Of a stretch of DNA of 64,000 bases, positions 58,599 through 64,000 are shown in pieces (within the stretch, counting starts at the first letter, position 1; every line of letters begins with the position of its first letter). The notes under the pieces are model-generated. The model had not been told where the DNA came from, searched no databases, and saw only the letters and a list, made by a program, of their open reading frames with translations. The position numbers were made by a program, and so were the translations under genes. The stretch lies in the NCBI GenBank assembly GCA_905182345.1, contig CAJJBG010000004.1:1476-65475 (forward strand). Reading direction: 5' to 3'. This stretch comes from Pelagibacteraceae bacterium AG-422-B15. Its GTDB lineage: Bacteria; Pseudomonadota; Alphaproteobacteria; Pelagibacterales; AG-422-B15.

Positions 58599-59780
58599 TT
58601 AAACATACTGTCCTGAAACATAGCCTGAAGCCCATGCCCATTGAAAATTATAGCCCCCTAAATGTCCCGTTACATCTACTACTTCACCTATAAAATAAAG
58701 ACCTTCATTATTTTTAGACATCATAGTCTTAGAAGATAATTCCTTAGTGTCAACTCCACCAAGGGTTACCTCTGCAGTACGATAGCCTTCCGTGCCAGTC
58801 GGATTAATTCTCCAGTTATTGATTGAATTACTTAGTTTGTTTATTGTTACTTTTGGTAAGTCGGCAATTCTCCCTGAAATATTACAATCATTACATAGGA
58901 TGACTGCAAGTCTTTTTGGCAATACCTCTGAAACAATCGATAAAATTTCTTGCTTAGGATTTTCCTTCTTTCTGAACTGCAGATAGTCAAGAATATCTAA
59001 TTGTGGGGTTAAATTAATTTCAATATTCTGACCAAGCTTCCAATATGAGGATATTTGTAAAATGGATGGACCACTTAAACCGCGATGTGTAAATAACATG
59101 CCTTCTTTAAATATTTTTTTCTTAAAAGAAACCATAGCTTCAACTGATAATCCTGATAACTCTTTACATTTTTCAAGTAGTGTTTCACTAAAAGTTAGAG
59201 GTACAAGTGCTGGCAAGGTTTCGATAATGTTTAACTTGAATTGCTTAGCAACTTCATAGCCAAATTTGCTTGCACCTATCTTTGGGACAGATAATCCACC
59301 TGTTGCCATAACAAGTGATTCACTTAAATATGTTTTATCGTTAGTTTTAGTTTGAAACTTGTTGTTGTCTTTTTCAATATTATGAATGCTTATTCCACTC
59401 TGAAGCACAACCTTAGCTAAATCACACTCTGAACGTAACATATCAATTATTTGTTGTGCACTTCCATCACAAAATAATTGTCCTAATTTCTTTTCATGAA
59501 ATTTGATATTATGCTTATCTAATAGTTTAATAAAATCTTTATATGTGTAACGCGATAAAGCTGAAATCATATAGCTGGGGTTTGAAGAGATAAATTTATC
59601 TGGATGAGTATTGATATTTGTAAAATTACAACGACCACCTCCTGAGATTCTAATTTTCTCACCTATTTTTTTTGCGTGATCTAACAAAAGAACTTTTCTA
59701 CCTCTTTTGCCAGCTTCAATTGCACACATCATTCCTGCTGCCCCAGCACCAATAATTACTACGTCATAGTGTTCAGTCAT
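58599..59780 (-). CDS. HI0933/BaiN-like NAD(P)/FAD-dependent flavoprotein
   Basis: 393 aa. Dinucleotide fold DVVIIGAGAAGMMCA and GGGRCNFTN motif. Confidence 0.85.
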   Translation of the reverse strand: MTEHYDVVIIGAGAAGMMCAIEAGKRGRKVLLLDHAKKIGEKIRISGGGRCNFTNINTHPDKFISSNPSYMISALSRYTYKDFIKLLDKHNIKFHEKKLGQLFCDGSAQQIIDMLRSECDLAKVVLQSGISIHNIEKDNNKFQTKTNDKTYLSESLVMATGGLSVPKIGASKFGYEVAKQFKLNIIETLPALVPLTFSETLLEKCKELSGLSVEAMVSFKKKIFKEGMLFTHRGLSGPSILQISSYWKLGQNIEINLTPQLDILDYLQFRKKENPKQEILSIVSEVLPKRLAVILCNDCNISGRIADLPKVTINKLSNSINNWRINPTGTEGYRTAEVTLGGVDTKELSSKTMMSKNNEGLYFIGEVVDVTGHLGGYNFQWAWASGYVSGQYV

Positions 59781-59791
59781 ACAATGTAAAC

Positions 59792-60709
59792 TTAGTTATC
59801 GTGATAACGCTGATTGGCTGCTTCTTGATTTACTAATGGAATTAATTGCGCAATTAATACACCTATTATAATTAGCGTACATCCAATAATTTGTACAAAG
59901 CTTAGTATTTGAGCTATTATAATCCAAGCAGCTAATGCTGCAAAAACACCCTCTAAAGACAAAGTTATTACTGCTGTTGATGGTTTTACATGTCTTTGGC
60001 CTATTATTTGAAATGTATATGCGAAGCCTGTAGACATTATACCAACATATAACAATTGCCATATTTCTTGATATACACCAGAAATAGAAGGGTCTTCGAA
60101 TATAAACATAAGGGGCAAGCTCATGAGAAAACAAATGCCAAATTGATAAAAGGCCAGCGAATAAGGAGCATTAACAATATCTAGATACTCATCAATTAGA
60201 ATGGTGTGTACTGCAAAAAATACAGCACATAATGCAACGAGAATATCTGCTGATTGAGCCTCAAAAGAATTTCCAGTAGTTAAATAGTAAGACCCAACTA
60301 AACATATACTAACTGAAACCCATATTGACCAATGTACTTTTTTTCCTAAGAAGAACCTTGAAATGATTGGTACAAATGGAACATAGAGTATTGTTAAGAA
60401 AGCTGCATTGCTTACTTTTGTAAATTGTAAAGCGTATTGTTGAAGAGATGAACCAATAAATAATGAAAGTCCCGTAAGGAAAATAATTACATATAATTTT
60501 TTCTTTTTATGATCACTGAGACCTAATATGACATTAGACTCTTTTAAAGCGAGTGGTAACATCAATAAGGCACCAATAACAAAACGAATATTGATAAATG
60601 TTAATGGTCCAATAAAATCCATACCAGTAGTTTGCGCAACAAATGCTGTACCCCAAATTATTGAAGCAAGTACAAGAAACAGCGTAGCAGTGAGTTGTTT
60701 AGAAAGCAT
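59792..60709 (-). CDS. DMT-superfamily transporter (two EamA domains)
   Basis: 305 aa, 10 predicted TM helices in two similar halves. Confidence 0.85.
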   Translation of the reverse strand: MLSKQLTATLFLVLASIIWGTAFVAQTTGMDFIGPLTFINIRFVIGALLMLPLALKESNVILGLSDHKKKKLYVIIFLTGLSLFIGSSLQQYALQFTKVSNAAFLTILYVPFVPIISRFFLGKKVHWSIWVSVSICLVGSYYLTTGNSFEAQSADILVALCAVFFAVHTILIDEYLDIVNAPYSLAFYQFGICFLMSLPLMFIFEDPSISGVYQEIWQLLYVGIMSTGFAYTFQIIGQRHVKPSTAVITLSLEGVFAALAAWIIIAQILSFVQIIGCTLIIIGVLIAQLIPLVNQEAANQRYHDN

Positions 60710-60720
60710 AAGTTGAATAT

Positions 60721-61353
60721 TTATTTTTTACAAAACAAAGCTATATCTTTAGCTGCTATCTCACAAGTCCAATTTCTTTGTGCAGCAATAACTTCTAAAG
60801 TTTCACGAGTATAAAATACAACATGCGTTGGATCTTTTCTATATTGCCAATTTTCAAACAAAGAATCATCTGTCATAAAGCAAGTCATAAGGCCTAACCA
60901 GCCTCCTGCAATAAGCAAATCATTTAATATATTAAATTCCTTAAATGGGTCATAAAAATGCTCTGCCGTTTCCGTACATGTAATGAAATCATACTTTTTT
61001 AGAAAAATTTCATTATTTGGAAAAAAAAATGGATCGTATAAATCAATATCAAACCCATCTAACTTAAGCATGTCTGCTAATGCTGGTCCATGACCACAAC
61101 CAAACTCAAGACCTTTGTCATCTATAGATAGCTTTTCTTTTAATGGATTTGATAATTTTGATAAGAAACTCCTGTATGAGACATCTTTGATTTCATTATT
61201 ATGTTCTAGATATCTACTTTTTTCATCTAATGAATTTAAATAGTGTGCTTTGTCTAAAAATTTAGCTAAACAAAAATTACATTTCCAGTATTTTTTTTTA
61301 TCAATAATTTTAAAAACTTCTATTGAATTATTATTACATACAATGCATTTCAT
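60721..61353 (-). CDS. Class I SAM-dependent methyltransferase with N-terminal CxxC...CxxC zinc ribbon
   Basis: 210 aa. CIVCNN...CNFC, then motif I LEFGCGHGPA. Confidence 0.7.
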   Translation of the reverse strand: MKCIVCNNNSIEVFKIIDKKKYWKCNFCLAKFLDKAHYLNSLDEKSRYLEHNNEIKDVSYRSFLSKLSNPLKEKLSIDDKGLEFGCGHGPALADMLKLDGFDIDLYDPFFFPNNEIFLKKYDFITCTETAEHFYDPFKEFNILNDLLIAGGWLGLMTCFMTDDSLFENWQYRKDPTHVVFYTRETLEVIAAQRNWTCEIAAKDIALFCKK

Positions 61354-61380
61354 TTATTTTTTATTAAGCCTAATGATTAA

Positions 61381-61980
61381 TTAAGATTGATCAGGGTTAA
61401 TACCTTTAAAATTTTTGAAATAGTTCATAATAAAATTAATGTCTTTATCATTATCTCCAGATGGCTCAAAAATTTCTCCAATAGTTAAAGTCTTGCTCGG
61501 AGAATCTATTGATATAAATACTATTTTGGATTTGGTTTGTTTCGCTATCCGTAAAAAACCACTCTTCCAACGATCAATTTTTTTTCTAGATCCTTCTGGA
61601 GCCACACCTATCACGAGCCCTTTTTCTTTATGAACAAGTTCAACTACATGATTAATTAAGCTAGCTGGATTTTTTCTATCTACGGGAATTCCACCAAGCC
61701 ATTTGAAAAACCACGCTATGCCAGGAATAAATAGTGATTTTTTACCCAACCATTTCATATTTATATTTAATGCAAATAAAGTGGCAACTGCGATAAGAAA
61801 ATCCCAATTTGATGTATGTGGTGCAGCAATAATCAAAATTCTCTCTTCATTGGGAATATTTCCAGAAACTTGCCAACCGAGAACACTCAGTGTAGATGAG
61901 CCAAGCCATTGAAAGAAAGCTCCCCATCTACCTCTTAAGTGCTGTGGAACTTGATTTTGTGAAGCTTTAGCTAGCTTCAT
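61381..61980 (-). CDS. PlsC-family (lysophospholipid) acyltransferase
   Basis: 199 aa. HxxxxD motif (PHTSNWD) and APEGSR block. Confidence 0.75.
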   Translation of the reverse strand: MKLAKASQNQVPQHLRGRWGAFFQWLGSSTLSVLGWQVSGNIPNEERILIIAAPHTSNWDFLIAVATLFALNINMKWLGKKSLFIPGIAWFFKWLGGIPVDRKNPASLINHVVELVHKEKGLVIGVAPEGSRKKIDRWKSGFLRIAKQTKSKIVFISIDSPSKTLTIGEIFEPSGDNDKDINFIMNYFKNFKGINPDQS

Positions 61981-62612
61981 ATAAAATTATCATAATAAAA
62001 ATAGCTAATGCCTTTTTTATCATTATGCATAGCAATAGATTGAGATAAATCTTGAGCTTTAATACTTCTGTATTTTTTTAATGGTCCCCATAAAAATAAA
62101 TTAATTATAAATGAAAAGTTTTGCCCTAACTGTTCTAAAAATCTAGATTGAGATCTAGCGCCAATAAGTAGGCTTGGTCGGTAAATATTTATTTGCTCAA
62201 AATTAATTTTTTTTATAGCTTCTTCAATCTCACCTTTTACTCTTAAGTAAAAATTTTTTGACTTATGATTAGCACCTACTGATGAAACCAAACTAACTTT
62301 AACCGCACCAGCTTCTTTAGCTTTTTCAGCAAAAGCTAATGCATATTCAAAGTCTACTTTTTTAAACTCTTCTTGGCTTCCAGCTTTTTTAATAGTAGTA
62401 CCTAAGCATATATAAAGATGCTCACATGATGGTAATTTACCATCGCTTAGAAATGAATCAAAATCAATTTCAAGTACCTTAATATTATTAATATTTTCTT
62501 TGATTGGTTTTCGTGTTATAGCAAGAACATCTACATTCTTATTGCTTAACTCGGTTAGCAATAAATTACCAACAAGGCCAGTAGAGCCTATAACAATTGA
62601 AGTATTTGACAT
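61977..62612 (-). CDS. NAD(P)H-binding atypical SDR (NmrA/HTATIP2-like)
   Basis: 211 aa. N-terminal Rossmann VIGSTGLVGNLLL. Confidence 0.7.
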   Translation of the reverse strand: MSNTSIVIGSTGLVGNLLLTELSNKNVDVLAITRKPIKENINNIKVLEIDFDSFLSDGKLPSCEHLYICLGTTIKKAGSQEEFKKVDFEYALAFAEKAKEAGAVKVSLVSSVGANHKSKNFYLRVKGEIEEAIKKINFEQINIYRPSLLIGARSQSRFLEQLGQNFSFIINLFLWGPLKKYRSIKAQDLSQSIAMHNDKKGISYFYYDNFI

Positions 62613-62658
62613 CTTTAATAAAACTTTGAAAATATAGTTCTCTGTTATTTTTTAAAAT

Positions 62659-63225
62659 TTACAGTATTTTGAAAAGTGTATCAGAGTTTATGACTGAGGC
62701 AAACTCTTCATGTAAGCTTGCAAGCGCTGTGGAATGAATTAATTCTGAATCAAACTCCTCTCCATCAATTCCAATCTTGTTAAAAGTGGCTGTTGCATCT
62801 GATATTAAATATGTCTCATAGCCATAATTGCCTGCCATGCGGGTTGTAGTTGATATGCAATGGTCTGTAGTAAGTCCAACAATAATTATTGTATTACATG
62901 ATTTTTCATCTATCAGCTCTTTTAGATTAGTGCCAATGAATGCACTATTTACTGATTTAGTAATAGTAATCTCATTGTCAGCGGGCTGAGTTAGTGGATT
63001 AAATAAAAATCCTTCATTATCTTTATGTAATTTTGACAGTGGATTAGTTGAACTATGTCTAACATGTATAATTTCTAACCCTAGCTCTCTCCACTTTTTA
63101 ATAACGCTCGCACATATAAGTTCTGCATCTTGATTATTTCTACCTCCACCCCAATATTCTTCATCTAAAAAACCTTGTTGAAGATCTATACAAATTAATA
63201 TTGGTGATTTTTTATGTAAACTCAT
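62659..63225 (-). CDS. Isochorismatase-family cysteine hydrolase
   Basis: 188 aa. ILICIDLQQGF, K in TKSVNSAF, and nucleophile Cys in GLTTDHCISTT. Confidence 0.85.
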   Translation of the reverse strand: MSLHKKSPILICIDLQQGFLDEEYWGGGRNNQDAELICASVIKKWRELGLEIIHVRHSSTNPLSKLHKDNEGFLFNPLTQPADNEITITKSVNSAFIGTNLKELIDEKSCNTIIIVGLTTDHCISTTTRMAGNYGYETYLISDATATFNKIGIDGEEFDSELIHSTALASLHEEFASVINSDTLFKIL

Positions 63226-63321
63226 TATTTCCTAATAGTTTAATATGATTTTTCTAAAATTTTAATTTTAGTTTTTACTTGTAGCTCTTATTAAAGTTTT
63301 GAGACTTAATTAATATTTATT

Positions 63322-64000
63322 CTAAAATTTAGATTTTGTTGAATCAAGATTCCGTTTTTCAGCAGCATCCCAATCCCTTGGTAAAACTTTGGACACTATA
63401 AAAAAACTGATGGCTGATGGTATAAAGACGCCAAAAGTCACTGTCATTGCATATCGCATAGAATCTAAATCATTATAATTTTCTTTAAAAAAATCCATAA
63501 GCCATCCGGCAAAAGTAGGTCCTCCACCAAGGGCAATCATGTTTAATATAAAGAAAAATAGAGCTGTAGACATTGCACGCATTTTTATTGGCGCTAGTGT
63601 TTGAGCAATTGCAAAACTAGGGCCTAGATATACTCCAATAAATACTAATAATAGAGTAGTCCAAAGCAGATTCATTTCTATTGAAGTAGCCCAATAACTC
63701 ATAATGCCAATTGGCAAACACAGTGAGATGGCTATAGCAGGCAACCATCCATAAGCTCGAATATCTTTTTTCCCCCATTTATCTGCAAGCTTTGCTCCAA
63801 AATAAGTGCCACCAACATAAGCTACACCATTAATAATTCCTAAAATAATTACTAATTTTTGAATATTGAAGGTTGGGTCCAGGGCAATTAAAAACTTGGT
63901 GTGAAAAGCAGAAGTTGCATAAGCTGCAAAAGATCCAAAAGCAATTCCAAAACACATAGCCCACCATGCTGGAATTTTTAAAAGAATTTTTAATGACTCT
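63322..64000 (-). CDS. MFS transporter (C-terminal half; N-terminus lies beyond the window end)
   Basis: The frame remains open from 63957 to 64000 (..ESLKILLKIPAWWAMCFG..). Six TM helices are visible. Confidence 0.75.
   Translation of the reverse strand, partial: ESLKILLKIPAWWAMCFGIAFGSFAAYATSAFHTKFLIALDPTFNIQKLVIILGIINGVAYVGGTYFGAKLADKWGKKDIRAYGWLPAIAISLCLPIGIMSYWATSIEMNLLWTTLLLVFIGVYLGPSFAIAQTLAPIKMRAMSTALFFFILNMIALGGGPTFAGWLMDFFKENYNDLDSMRYAMTVTFGVFIPSAISFFIVSKVLPRDWDAAEKRNLDSTKSKF

Noticed and set aside
1-64000. Search for tRNA/rRNA genes, CRISPR repeats, IS elements, integrases, phage or toxin-antitoxin/defence modules, and for a compositionally distinct island.
   Set aside because: None was found. 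All spacers are too short or lack T-loop-like GTTCRA motifs. There are no direct-repeat/spacer arrays and no transposase-like or recombinase-like ORFs. The miscellaneous-enzyme run at 54.3-64 kb has the same composition and packing as the rest, so I cannot support calling it a mobile or hypervariable island from sequence alone.

Overview
This 64-kb window is very AT-rich (roughly 30% G+C by eye, not computed) and extremely gene-dense. I call 66 protein-coding genes. Most are separated by 0-50 bp or overlap by 1-23 bp, and only three spacers exceed 140 bp (upstream of rne, nrdJ and dnaB). Several features point to a streamlined marine alphaproteobacterium of the Pelagibacterales/SAR11 type; this is an inference, since no database search was possible. 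They are an NDUFA12-like plus DUF2155-like gene pair, an Hda-like gene next to purMN, a ~1200-aa NrdJ with a Zn-ribbon tail, an RNase E with a split S1 domain and a C-terminal GWW, and the orders fabD-fabG-acpP-fabF and rpsF-rpsR-rplI-dnaB-alr. The content is overwhelmingly housekeeping: cysE-iscR-sufBCDSU, anmK, tyrS, mrcA-prfB-asmA-like, rne, an M48 protease, aroQ-accBC, nrdJ, aspS, rnd, hda-pgsA, purMN, ndk, pepA, lptFG-lptD-surA-rsmA, gmk, the fab cluster, ribosomal proteins, dnaB, alr, an MMPL exporter, yfgM-bamB-der and panB. A 10-kb same-strand run of small miscellaneous enzymes and transporters follows (54.3-64 kb). I found no rRNA, tRNA, CRISPR array, transposase, integrase, phage gene or recognisable defence gene. 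I do not see a convincing new multi-gene system and will not invent one. The best leads are: (1) a Der/EngA ortholog with only one GTPase domain in conserved yfgM-bamB-der synteny; (2) a near-perfect (24/25) IscR type-1 operator in front of a fused cysE-iscR-suf operon; (3) tandem NrdR-like boxes, a GC-rich palindrome and a small uORF in the unusually long nrdJ leader; (4) a perfect (GAATCA)12 microsatellite encoding (ES)12 inside RNase E, which also keeps a terminal GWW motif; (5) the canonical RF2 +1 frameshift site, which the ORF track misses; (6) a 28-bp perfect palindrome spanning the stop codons of a convergent gene pair; (7) a translationally coupled MGMT-HIT-ACT trio of unknown joint function.
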